Part shown: piece after piece, positions 20,566-31,005 of the stretch | Position numbering within the stretch: position 1 is the stretch's first letter | How the letters are laid out: each line of letters starts with the position of its first letter | NCBI GenBank assembly: GCA_045628045.1 | Contig: JAZQOV010000006.1 | Coordinates: 128,001-192,000, forward strand | DNA length: 64,000 nucleotides | Direction: 5' to 3' | DNA from: Bacilli bacterium | GTDB taxonomy: Bacteria; Bacillota_I; Bacilli_A; RFN20; CAG-826 | The notes under the pieces: model-generated | Told to the model about the DNA's origin: nothing | Seen by the model: the letters and a program-made list of their open reading frames with translations, nothing else | Databases searched by the model: none | Position numbers and translations under genes: made by a program

Positions 20566-21215
20566 CTTAAAGTCTCAAATCTTTTTGCGATGTCTTCGTG
20601 GCCATAAAGATATGAACCAGCAACTAAAATATCAGCACCAGCTTTACGACATTTTTGTCCTGTTTCACCATTAATTCCACCATCAACTTCAATCAAACAA
20701 TTTAAATTATTTTTATCAATCCATTTACGGAGTTTTCTAATTTTTCCAAGAGCACTAGGAATAAAAGCTTGACCGCCTTTTCCTGGTTCTACAGACATGA
20801 CTAAAACTAATTCTACTTCTTTAACAAGTTCTTTTAGAACTTTGACTTTAGTTTTTGGTTTTATTGAAATACCAGCCTTGCATCCCTTTTTATGAATAAG
20901 ATCTATTACTTTTGAACAACAATTTGGACATTCAAGAGCTTCATAATGGAATGTAACGATGTCGGCGCCAGCTTTAATGAATTCAGGAGCGACTTTTTCA
21001 GGATCTTGAACCATAATATGGACGTCGTTTACCATCTTGTGAACTTTAGCATTTTCTTTAACTGCACTAACTTCAAAAGATTTATTTGGAACAAAAATTC
21101 CATCCATTATATCCCAATGGATATATTCGGCTCCAAGGGCTTCTACTTTTAAAATTTCAGACTTTAAATTCTTTTTGTCTGCAGATAATAAACTTGGTGC
21201 AATATAGTTTTTCAT
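20562..21215 (-). CDS. rpe: Ribulose-phosphate 3-epimerase
   Basis: IAPSLLSAD, HWDIMDGIFVPN, DVHIMV, MSVEPGKGGQ, EVDGGI. Confidence 0.97.
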   Translation of the reverse strand: MKNYIAPSLLSADKKNLKSEILKVEALGAEYIHWDIMDGIFVPNKSFEVSAVKENAKVHKMVNDVHIMVQDPEKVAPEFIKAGADIVTFHYEALECPNCCSKVIDLIHKKGCKAGISIKPKTKVKVLKELVKEVELVLVMSVEPGKGGQAFIPSALGKIRKLRKWIDKNNLNCLIEVDGGINGETGQKCRKAGADILVAGSYLYGHEDIAKRFETLR

Positions 21216-22078
21216 TTCTGATACCTCTTTGATTTATATTCTAGTTCGTTAAGTAATTTAATATATACTTCATAACCTTCTTTTGAAAGGTTACCTTTAG
21301 ATATTTCTTCTTTAATTTTACACTCTTTTTCTTTTTGGTGAAGGCAATTTGAAAAATAACATTCTAAATAATGTTTCTCATAACCCGGAAAATACTGAGC
21401 TAAATCTTCTTTGTATAGATCGAGTTCTAAGGATGAAAATCCTGGAGTGTCTCCAATAAAACCATTTCTGAATGGCAAAAGGATGACTTCCTTGGTTTGA
21501 TGTTTGCCTCTTCCAAGAGCTTCACTATATTCTCCAACCTTACGATTAAAATGCGGATCAATTAAATTTATAGCGGAACTTTTTCCAACACCGGTTTGCC
21601 CCATTATTATTGTGGTTTTATCTTGCAAAAACCCCTGTAATTCCTGGATATTTTCAGGTTTCTTCGTGGAAATTAAGAAAACTTTATAACCTAGTTTTTC
21701 CAAATCATTTTTAAGATTTTCAACCTTTGATGTGTCAACTAGACAATCCATTTTTGTGAACATGACAGCCGCAGGAATTCCATTTAAATTTGCATACGTT
21801 AAAAACTTATAAACAAGTTCTGGAGAAAGTTCTGGTTCAACAACAGACATTGTAATCATAAGCAAATCAATATTTGCAGATCTAGGTCTAATAATTGAAT
21901 TTGTTCTTTCAATAATGCTTTCAATTATTCCTTCTTTTTCATCAAAGATAACATTGTCACCAGCAAGTAAAGAAATTGATTTATGTTTTAAAGCACCACG
22001 CGAAAAAAGATTATAAATCTTTCCATCACTAATAACTTTATAATTTCCACCAACTATTGATAAAACTTTTCCCTTCAT
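21212..22078 (-). CDS. rsgA: Ribosome small subunit-dependent GTPase A
   Basis: TKMD, GQTGVGKSS, GKHQT, DTPGF, C-terminal CYFSNCLH...C zinc motif. Confidence 0.97.
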   Translation of the reverse strand: MKGKVLSIVGGNYKVISDGKIYNLFSRGALKHKSISLLAGDNVIFDEKEGIIESIIERTNSIIRPRSANIDLLMITMSVVEPELSPELVYKFLTYANLNGIPAAVMFTKMDCLVDTSKVENLKNDLEKLGYKVFLISTKKPENIQELQGFLQDKTTIIMGQTGVGKSSAINLIDPHFNRKVGEYSEALGRGKHQTKEVILLPFRNGFIGDTPGFSSLELDLYKEDLAQYFPGYEKHYLECYFSNCLHQKEKECKIKEEISKGNLSKEGYEVYIKLLNELEYKSKRYQK

Positions 22079-22930
22079 TTAGAAAAACCTTTCAAAAAAT
22101 GAGCGCTTTATCTTTTTGCCTTGTTGGAAAAGCATAATGTCTTTTTTAAATTCAGCAGCGTTATGATACCTTTTTCCAGGATTTTTATTAACTGCTTTTA
22201 AAATTATATAATCCAAATTTTTATCAATTGAATTAACAATATCTGAAGGTAGCGGACATGCTTTTGAAACATGCGCTTCCGCTATTTCCTTTGTGGTTCC
22301 ATCAAACGGAAGAATGCCTGTTATTAATTGAAAAAAAGTGACTCCTGCAGCATAAATATCCGAGAAAACCGAGAATTTTTTACTTGTTAACACTTCTGGA
22401 GCAAGGTAATGAACTGACCCCATTATCTCATCTTCAACAGAAGTATCATTTTCTTTTTTTGCAATACCAAAATCACCAAGTTTTATTAATCCGTTTGGAA
22501 GATAAAAAATGTTTTGTGGTTTAATATCTCGATGCAAAATTTTATGATTATGAATGCATTCAATTGCGTCCAATAATTGAATCATAATTTCACATGCTTC
22601 TTTCACGCTAAATTTAGTGTAAAACTCAAGTTTATCAAGTAAAGTTTGGCTCTTTAAATATTCTAAAACTAAGTAAGGTCTATTTTCCCAACGACCTTCT
22701 TCATAAATAGACATAATATTAATATGTGACATGGTCACACTTGCTTTAATTTCCTTCTCAAAATCCTTAATTGCAGTTGGATTATCAAGTAACTCTTCTT
22801 TTAAAATTTTAAGAGCCACCACTTTTCCAAGAAATAAATCTTTGCATTCAAAAACGACGGCCATTCCGCCTGTTCCTAAATGTGACAAAACACTGTAGCG
22901 ATTATCAATAATATCGCCTATTTTAATCAT
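22079..22930 (-). CDS. prkC: Hanks-type Ser/Thr kinase, PrkC orthologue without TM/PASTA domains
   Basis: GTGGMAVV, VALK, HRDIKPQN, DFG, GSVHYLAPE; between prpC and rsgA; ATG at 22930 overlaps the prpC end. Confidence 0.88.
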   Translation of the reverse strand: MIKIGDIIDNRYSVLSHLGTGGMAVVFECKDLFLGKVVALKILKEELLDNPTAIKDFEKEIKASVTMSHINIMSIYEEGRWENRPYLVLEYLKSQTLLDKLEFYTKFSVKEACEIMIQLLDAIECIHNHKILHRDIKPQNIFYLPNGLIKLGDFGIAKKENDTSVEDEIMGSVHYLAPEVLTSKKFSVFSDIYAAGVTFFQLITGILPFDGTTKEIAEAHVSKACPLPSDIVNSIDKNLDYIILKAVNKNPGKRYHNAAEFKKDIMLFQQGKKIKRSFFERFF

Positions 22931-23669
22931 TCTTGTATGGCTCCCAAAGTGAAATGGCAATGTTGTCTGTTCCACCATTTGAATTAGCTACACCAATTAG
23001 GCTACTAATCTTTTGATCTAATCTTTCCTGGCTAGAAAGCACAGAAGAAATTTGTTTATTTGTTGCGTTATTGTATAAGCCATCTGAGCATAAAAGTATG
23101 GTTTTTCTATTGTTTTTTAGTACTTTTAGCTCATAATCAACGCTCTTTTTCTGTCCGATAAAGTTCATAAGAGCATGGCGATCTTTTGAAGTGAGTTTTT
23201 CTTCTTCCTTAATTTCTTTGTAAGAAGCCAAATATTCAACATATGTTTGATCTCTTGTGATTTGTTTAGCATCTTCATTTATCAAGATGTAGCAACGAGA
23301 GTCACCAATATTTGCAACATAAATTCTTTCTCTAAAGAAGATGGCTATGCATAATGTTGTGCCCATTCCTTTTAACGTATCGCTATCGTTAGCTTGGCTA
23401 AAAACAGAAGAATTTATTGTTTTAATGATTTTGTCAATCCATTGTCTAACTTGGAAAGCAAAAATCCATTTTCTCTTAGTTTTAAAAGCATTTGAGACAA
23501 TATCTGCAGCTATTTTGCTTGCAAAATCGCCTTTCATGTATCCGCCCATTCCATCGCATACGCAAAGAAGGACGTTTCCATCAGCGTCGATTAAAGATAG
23601 TGCTTTGTCTTCGTTAGAAGCACGCACTAATCCAATATCAGTTGCACTACCAAATCTTCCTTTAATCAT
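22923..23669 (-). CDS. prpC: PP2C family Ser/Thr phosphatase
   Basis: TDIGLVRASNED, DGMGG, MGTT, IGDSR, LCSDGL, GGTDNI. Confidence 0.93.
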   Translation of the reverse strand: MIKGRFGSATDIGLVRASNEDKALSLIDADGNVLLCVCDGMGGYMKGDFASKIAADIVSNAFKTKRKWIFAFQVRQWIDKIIKTINSSVFSQANDSDTLKGMGTTLCIAIFFRERIYVANIGDSRCYILINEDAKQITRDQTYVEYLASYKEIKEEEKLTSKDRHALMNFIGQKKSVDYELKVLKNNRKTILLCSDGLYNNATNKQISSVLSSQERLDQKISSLIGVANSNGGTDNIAISLWEPYKND

Positions 23670-24703
23670 TTTTTAAGTATTTCCTTTGCACGAAGTTGAC
23701 CACAAGCGGCGTCAATATCGTTTCCAAATTCTTTTCTTACTGTGGTATTTACACCATGTTGCATCAAGTATGAGAAGAAATTATGAACATTTTTGTCTGA
23801 ACTACGTTTAAATGAATGCTCATCAACTGGGTTATATGGAATTAAGTTAATATAACTCATTGTTCCTTTCACTAACTTCACTAATTCTTGAGCACATTCA
23901 ATTGAATCATTAACTCCATCAAGCATGATGTATTCAAATGTAACTCTTCTGCCTGCTGTTTTTTCGTAATAACGAACAGCTTCCATAAGTTTATCCATAG
24001 GATAAGCTTTTGAAATTGGCATTAATTTATTTCTAATTTCATCATTTGGTGCATGTAATGAAATTGCAAGATTAGTTTGAAGACCTTCACTTGCATATTT
24101 CATAATGCCTGGCACGAGTCCACATGTGGAAACACTTATGTGTCTTGCACCTATTGCGAGTGCCTTCGGGTGATTTACAATGCGTATAAAGTCCATAACA
24201 TTGTCATAATTGTCAAAAGGTTCGCCAGTTCCCATCACAACAATGTGAGAAACGTGTTCGCCCTTTTCTTCAAGGAGTTTGTTCATTACTAAAACTTGAC
24301 CAACAATTTCATGAACTTCTAGATTTCTCTTCTTTTTAAGAAGACCAGATGCGCAGAAAGCACAGCCCATGTTGCAACCAACTTGAGAAGTAACACAAAT
24401 TGCGTTGCCATAATTATATGGCATTAAAGCTGTTTCAACCTTTGCACCATCTTCAAGTTCTAAAAGAAGTTTAATTGTTCCGTCTTTAGACACTTGTTTT
24501 TTATAGATTGTTGGAAGAGTTAATGAGAAATCTCTATTTAATTCTTCTCTGAATGTCTTTGAGACATCACTCATTTCATCAAAAGAACGTGCTTTCTTTT
24601 CATAAATCCATGTGAAAAGTTGCGTGGCACGATATTTCTTTTGACCACGGTCCATTAATAGTTTTTCTAATTTATGAATTTCTTGACCGTATAAATTAAT
24701 CAT
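23666..24703 (-). CDS. rlmN: 23S rRNA/tRNA m2A methyltransferase (radical SAM)
   Basis: QVGCNMGCAFC, MGTGEP, SLHAPND, IDAACGQL. Confidence 0.98.
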   Translation of the reverse strand: MINLYGQEIHKLEKLLMDRGQKKYRATQLFTWIYEKKARSFDEMSDVSKTFREELNRDFSLTLPTIYKKQVSKDGTIKLLLELEDGAKVETALMPYNYGNAICVTSQVGCNMGCAFCASGLLKKKRNLEVHEIVGQVLVMNKLLEEKGEHVSHIVVMGTGEPFDNYDNVMDFIRIVNHPKALAIGARHISVSTCGLVPGIMKYASEGLQTNLAISLHAPNDEIRNKLMPISKAYPMDKLMEAVRYYEKTAGRRVTFEYIMLDGVNDSIECAQELVKLVKGTMSYINLIPYNPVDEHSFKRSSDKNVHNFFSYLMQHGVNTTVRKEFGNDIDAACGQLRAKEILKK

Positions 24704-24713
24704 AGATTAATAA

Positions 24714-25259
24714 TTAGTTTTTATGATGCTCGCAGCAGCATTCTCCTTCTTCGTGATCGCATTCGCAATCACCATCGCAATCACATTCGTGATCATGGCA
24801 ATGACATTCTTCTTTTTCTTTATAAATTTCGTCTAATTTTTCTTCCATACCTTTGAAAATGTTTCCTTCATAAAGTTCTTCGTCTTCATCACCATCTTCT
24901 ACGTTTACAAGATTTTCATCAGTTATAAAACGTGGATATTCCTTATTGTGATATTCATATTCATGATGTGAATGGAAATATTCAAAAGTAATTTTTATGT
25001 TTATTGCGAATTCACATAGTGTTTTCAAAATATAAGAAGCGATTCTATCTTCCATTGGTTCATATTTTTCAGGTGCATCAACTTTGACAAGCGCTTGCCA
25101 TGAATTTTGATCTACACCATCATGAAAAACGTATGCATCAGATGCAACAAAAACAATTTCTTCTTTTGTTTCAAAAAGAGAAGTTAAGTTTGCTAAGTGC
25201 TCTCTGGAATAATGACCAATTGTGTATTGATCTAAACCATAAACTGTAATTGTAATCAT
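24714..25259 (-). CDS. Hypothetical protein, possible tautomerase-like (DUF1904-like) domain with His/Cys-rich tail
   Basis: SD GGAG; C-terminus EECHCHDHECDCDGDCECDHEEGECCCEHHKN; the N-terminal family call is tentative. Confidence 0.6.
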   Translation of the reverse strand: MITITVYGLDQYTIGHYSREHLANLTSLFETKEEIVFVASDAYVFHDGVDQNSWQALVKVDAPEKYEPMEDRIASYILKTLCEFAINIKITFEYFHSHHEYEYHNKEYPRFITDENLVNVEDGDEDEELYEGNIFKGMEEKLDEIYKEKEECHCHDHECDCDGDCECDHEEGECCCEHHKN

Positions 25260-25268
25260 AATTTACTC

Positions 25269-25841
25269 CTACATTTTTGCTTTAATAATTTGACGAATTT
25301 CATCGACTGCGTCTTCTAATTTGTCATTAATGACAACGTGTTTATAAAGAGACTTATATTCAAGTTCTTTTGCTGCAGCAGAAACTCTATTTGCAATAAC
25401 TTCTTCAGATTCGGTACCTCTGCCTCTTAATCTATTGGCGAGTTCTTCAACTGATGGAGGTGCAATAAATATTGAAATGACATCTGGTACCTTTTTAAAT
25501 ACGTTTGAAGCTCCTTTAACATCGATTTCGAGTAAAACGTTTTTACCATCATTTCTCATTTCTTCAACTTTATCTCTTGGGGTTCCATAGCAATTTCCTA
25601 CGTATTCTGCCCATTCAAGTAAGTTGTCATTTTCGACGTTTCTCATGAATTCGTCTCTAGTTACAAAGTAATATTCGCGGCCATTAACTTCACCGGGTCT
25701 CATGTTGCGGGTAGTCATCGAAACAGAATAAAAAAGATTGAGGCTTTTATCCTCCATCAACAATTCGCGAATTGTTCCTTTTCCGACTCCGCTCGGGCCA
25801 GACATGATAAGCAAAAGGCCCTTTTTCTTATTATTTTCCAT
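25269..25841 (-). CDS. gmk: Guanylate kinase
   Basis: SGPSGVGKGT, SMTTRNMRPGE, YGTP, LEIDVKG, APPS. Confidence 0.98.
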   Translation of the reverse strand: MENNKKKGLLLIMSGPSGVGKGTIRELLMEDKSLNLFYSVSMTTRNMRPGEVNGREYYFVTRDEFMRNVENDNLLEWAEYVGNCYGTPRDKVEEMRNDGKNVLLEIDVKGASNVFKKVPDVISIFIAPPSVEELANRLRGRGTESEEVIANRVSAAAKELEYKSLYKHVVINDKLEDAVDEIRQIIKAKM

Positions 25842-25847
25842 GCTTTA

Positions 25848-25876
25848 ATTATATTAAATTGAAAAAGTTCTTTCAA
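25848..25876 (-). promoter_or_regulatory. sigma-A promoter of the gmk operon (leaderless)
   Basis: TTGAAA (25876-25871), 17 nt, TATAAT (25853-25848), 6 nt, ATG; no SD. Confidence 0.8.
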
Positions 25877-25926
25877 TTAGATAATTATGCTTTCAATTTT
25901 ATTGAATTTTTCATTATAATAATTTT

Positions 25927-27282
25927 ATGAGAATTTCACATTCAAGTTACCAAAATTACATTAAAAAATTGTCCAAAGAAATTGAGGGTAAAACTTTGTT
26001 TTCACCTATTTTAATTAATAATGAAACTTTGCTTTTTCCTTTTATGGATAATTACGAAAATTCTCTTGTTATTTCGCTTAACAATAGATGCCCATTAATT
26101 TATAAAATTAACTGTAACATATTCTTTAAATCTTTTGGGAATACTTTTTTAGCAAAATTTAAGAAGATATTTAACCGCACAATAATTTCGAATTTAAAGT
26201 TATCAGATAAAGATAACATTGTTACCTTCACTTTAACCTCGAACGAAAGTGACGAAGAAAGAAAATTCGTCGCAGAATTAATTCCTAACTGCCCAAATCT
26301 AATTGTTCTTAAAGATGAAAAGGTTGAAGATGTCTTCTATAAAAATAAGAATAGAGATTTATCTTTTGGTGCAGTTTATTCTGCACCACTTTCCCTTGAT
26401 TCACTAGCGGGTGAGCAAGAAATAAATGAAGAATTTTTAAAACAACACTTCAAAACTGAAGATGAATTAAGATTTAAAGAAAAGTATGCTGAATTCATCA
26501 AATTTTTAAACACAAAAATTAAATCTGTGAATAAAAAAATCGCATCAATAAATAATGACCTCAAGAACGCTGATGAAAATAGAAAATATAAAGATTATGC
26601 AGATGAAATTTATACACTTGGTCTTGATTTGAAAAGCAATTTATCATCTGTTGAATTATCTTCTGGAATTATTAAGCTAGATCCATCAAAAACTTTGGGT
26701 GAAAACGTCCAACTTTTCTATAAAAAATCAAAGAAGGCAAAAGAGACAAGAAATCACTTTGAAATAAATATACAAAATGCTCAAAAATCACTTGATGAAT
26801 TTAATAGAATTTTATCGGAATTTGAGAAGGCTGATGAGAAAGAAAAAGACAAAATTATGCAAGCCTTTTTCCCAGTAAATAAGAAGAGAGAAACGACAGA
26901 GACGATTTTTAATCGTCCTTGGAAATATAATCTTAATGGAACTTACATTTATTTTGGAAAGAATGCTTCTCAAAATGACTATCTAAGTTTCGTTATGAAA
27001 TTAGATAAAGAATTTCCTTGGCTCCACATCAAGAATGTAAGTGGCTCACACCTTGTAATTTGCAATAGAAAACCTACTGAAAATGAGCTACTTTTCGCAT
27101 GTGAATTTGCATTACTTTGTTCTCACCAAAAAACAGGCGAAATTGTATGGACAAAAAAGAAAAATGTCCGTAGGGGACATGTTCTTGGGGAAGCAATAAT
27201 TAAGAATCAACAAACTATTAAATTAAATAGAATAAGAGAAGAAACAATTGTTGCTTTTAAAAATGCAGTTCGCGTTGATTAA
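25927..27282 (+). CDS. rqcH: NFACT/RqcH (FbpA) family ribosome quality control protein, divergent
   Basis: LDPSKTLGENVQLFYKKSKKAK, GKNASQNDYL, WLHIKNVSGSHLVI; divergent from gmk as in many Firmicutes. Confidence 0.82.
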   Translation: MRISHSSYQNYIKKLSKEIEGKTLFSPILINNETLLFPFMDNYENSLVISLNNRCPLIYKINCNIFFKSFGNTFLAKFKKIFNRTIISNLKLSDKDNIVTFTLTSNESDEERKFVAELIPNCPNLIVLKDEKVEDVFYKNKNRDLSFGAVYSAPLSLDSLAGEQEINEEFLKQHFKTEDELRFKEKYAEFIKFLNTKIKSVNKKIASINNDLKNADENRKYKDYADEIYTLGLDLKSNLSSVELSSGIIKLDPSKTLGENVQLFYKKSKKAKETRNHFEINIQNAQKSLDEFNRILSEFEKADEKEKDKIMQAFFPVNKKRETTETIFNRPWKYNLNGTYIYFGKNASQNDYLSFVMKLDKEFPWLHIKNVSGSHLVICNRKPTENELLFACEFALLCSHQKTGEIVWTKKKNVRRGHVLGEAIIKNQQTIKLNRIREETIVAFKNAVRVD

Positions 27283-27779
27283 ATTGTGTATTTTTTAATC
27301 ATGTCAAAACTTGCCAAATTTGGGAAATTTTGTTGACGTAAAATTTCATAAACCACAATTGAAACTGAATTCGAAAGATTTAAACTTCTTGCAGTTGAAA
27401 TCATTGGAATTCTTAGGGTTGTTTCTTTATGTGCGCTTAATATTTCTTTATCAATTCCAGTAGACTCTCTACCAAACATCACATAAACGTCTTCAGTAGG
27501 ATCACTTAAATCAACTTTGCTATAAATATTAGCGCCATATTTAGTGACATAATAAATCTTTTTATCTTTGAATTTTTCAACAAATGATTCATAAGAATCA
27601 TAATAATCATATTTTGCATCTTTAATATAATCCATTCCTGCTCTTTGAACAGCCTTTTCAGACATGTCAAAAGGAATAGGACCAATAATGTGAACAAATG
27701 AATTTGTCGCCATTGCGGTTCTTAAAATGTTTCCTGTATTTTGAGGAATTTCAGGATGATACAAAATAATATGAATCAT
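27279..27779 (-). CDS. trmL: tRNA (cytidine34-2'-O)-methyltransferase
   Basis: PEIPQNTGNI, RAGMDY, FGRESTG, RSLNLSN. Confidence 0.96.
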   Translation of the reverse strand: MIHIILYHPEIPQNTGNILRTAMATNSFVHIIGPIPFDMSEKAVQRAGMDYIKDAKYDYYDSYESFVEKFKDKKIYYVTKYGANIYSKVDLSDPTEDVYVMFGRESTGIDKEILSAHKETTLRIPMISTARSLNLSNSVSIVVYEILRQQNFPNLASFDMIKKYTI

Positions 27780-27781
27780 TA

Positions 27782-28342
27782 TTATTCTTCTTTTCTATAT
27801 TCAAGAACTGGATCAACACCGAATTTGTCAACGTAAGCTTTGATACATTTTTCAATAACTTCCATTGCGATTTGACGTCCTCTAATTCTATTAACAACTG
27901 TTTCTTTACCTTCTAGTTGTTTATAAACTTGGAAGAAGTGCTGAATTTCTTTTAAGATATGATCAGGAATTTGTTTAATATCTGTAAATGAGTTATAAAC
28001 AGGGTCATTTTTAGCAATAGCTAAAATCTTAGCGTCTTTACTTCCACCATCAACCATCTCTAAAAGTCCAATTGGATAGCATTCAACTAAAGCAAGTGGA
28101 ACGATTGGTTCACTACAAATGACTAAAACGTCAAGTGCGTCACCATCGTCTGCTAAAGTCTTTGGAATAAATCCATAGTTATGTGGATAGTGGGTTGATG
28201 TGTATAAAATACGATCAAGTTTTAAAGCTCCTGAATATTTATCCAATTCATATTTGTTTTTGGAGCCTTGTGGAATTTCAATACATGCTAAGAAATTCTC
28301 TGGTTTAATGTTGTCTGGGTTAACTCTGTGCCATAAATTCAT
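27782..28342 (-). CDS. ppa: Soluble inorganic pyrophosphatase, family I
   Basis: EIPQGSKNKYE, YPHNYGFIP, DDGDALDVLV, DAKI, FFQVYKQLE. Confidence 0.96.
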   Translation of the reverse strand: MNLWHRVNPDNIKPENFLACIEIPQGSKNKYELDKYSGALKLDRILYTSTHYPHNYGFIPKTLADDGDALDVLVICSEPIVPLALVECYPIGLLEMVDGGSKDAKILAIAKNDPVYNSFTDIKQIPDHILKEIQHFFQVYKQLEGKETVVNRIRGRQIAMEVIEKCIKAYVDKFGVDPVLEYRKEE

Positions 28343-28353
28343 GGTTTTACCTC

Positions 28354-28748
28354 CTAATAATTTATTGTCTCTAAACGAGCTAAAGCTCGTTGCAAAGCTA
28401 ATTCTGCACGTTTAATATCAATATCTGGTCCTTTTTCTAAGAGTCGTTTTTCTGCTCTTTCTTTAGCAGCCTTAGCTCTTGCAGCATCGATATCTTTCGC
28501 ATGTTCTATAGCATTAGTAATAACAGTAATTTTTTCTTTTGTAACGTTTATTGCTCCACCATGAACCGCGTAGTAAATCGTTTTGCCATTTTTTATAATG
28601 TGCATTGATGCATAACTGAGCGATCCAATTAAAGGCATGTGACCACACAAAAAAGTTCTATAACCACTTGTTAATTTAATAGTTAAAGATTCAACCTTTT
28701 CGCTAAGGTAAATTCCTCTTGGAGTAATTATTTCTAGAGAAAATTCCA

Positions 28749-28749
<1 letters not shown>
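28354..28749 (-). CDS. atpC: ATP synthase F1 epsilon
   Basis: LEIITP, GHMPLI, DIDAARAKAAKERAE; last gene of the atp operon. Confidence 0.95.
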
Positions 28750-30158
<1,409 letters not shown>

Positions 30159-31004
30159 TTATTTTTGTTGACCCGCTACAACTTCAATAATTTCTTGAGT
30201 AATTGCAGCTTGTCTTGCTTTATTAAATTCAATTGTTAATTTATCAATTAACTCATCAGCGTTATCATTAGCGTTTTCCATTGCGGTTCTTCTAGATGCT
30301 TGTTCGCTAACTTGTGACTCAATAAGTTTTTGATATAAAGAAGAAGTAAGTTCAATAGGCATAAGCTCTTCGATCAAGGTCTTAACATTCGGGTCGAAGA
30401 TTGGAGCGTATCCAACATTTGACTTATTTTCTTCTTTTTTAACTGGGAAAAGAGTATAAAGAGTTGGTTCAAATCTAAGTGAATTTATATACTTTGTATA
30501 TATAACTTTGATTTGACGATATTTTCCTTTTATAAATTCAGAGTGTAAAAATCTTCCAAGTTTTACTACATCGTCATAATCAAGTTTGTCATTAAGTGAA
30601 ACGAACTCACTTATTACTTGGTAACCTTCTTTTGAATAATTTGTTTCTCCTTTTAAACCAATAGTTAAAAGAACTGATTCTTTCTTAGAAATGTTGCTAG
30701 TAACGAAGTTAAATACGTTTGAGTTATAAGAAGCACATAAACCCAGATTTGAGTTAATAACCACCACTAAATCTTTTTCGCCTTTTCCATTATGTAAGTA
30801 TGGAATTTCTTCACTTGCATCAAGCATAGCAAAAAGATCAGAAATGACTTTTTCCATTTCTTTTACAAAGAACTGGTTCTTTTCCATCACATTTTTAAAC
30901 TTTTTTAGTTTAACTGTGGCAACTAGTTCCATTGCTTCAGTAATCTTTTTAGTGGATTTAACTGAAGCTATTCTTCTTTTTGTTTTGTTTAATGCCTGTG
31001 CCAT
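30159..31004 (-). CDS. atpG: ATP synthase F1 gamma
   Basis: KITEAMELVA, GLCASYN, NKARQAAITQEI. Confidence 0.98.
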   Translation of the reverse strand: MAQALNKTKRRIASVKSTKKITEAMELVATVKLKKFKNVMEKNQFFVKEMEKVISDLFAMLDASEEIPYLHNGKGEKDLVVVINSNLGLCASYNSNVFNFVTSNISKKESVLLTIGLKGETNYSKEGYQVISEFVSLNDKLDYDDVVKLGRFLHSEFIKGKYRQIKVIYTKYINSLRFEPTLYTLFPVKKEENKSNVGYAPIFDPNVKTLIEELMPIELTSSLYQKLIESQVSEQASRRTAMENANDNADELIDKLTIEFNKARQAAITQEIIEVVAGQQK

Positions 31005-31005
31005 A

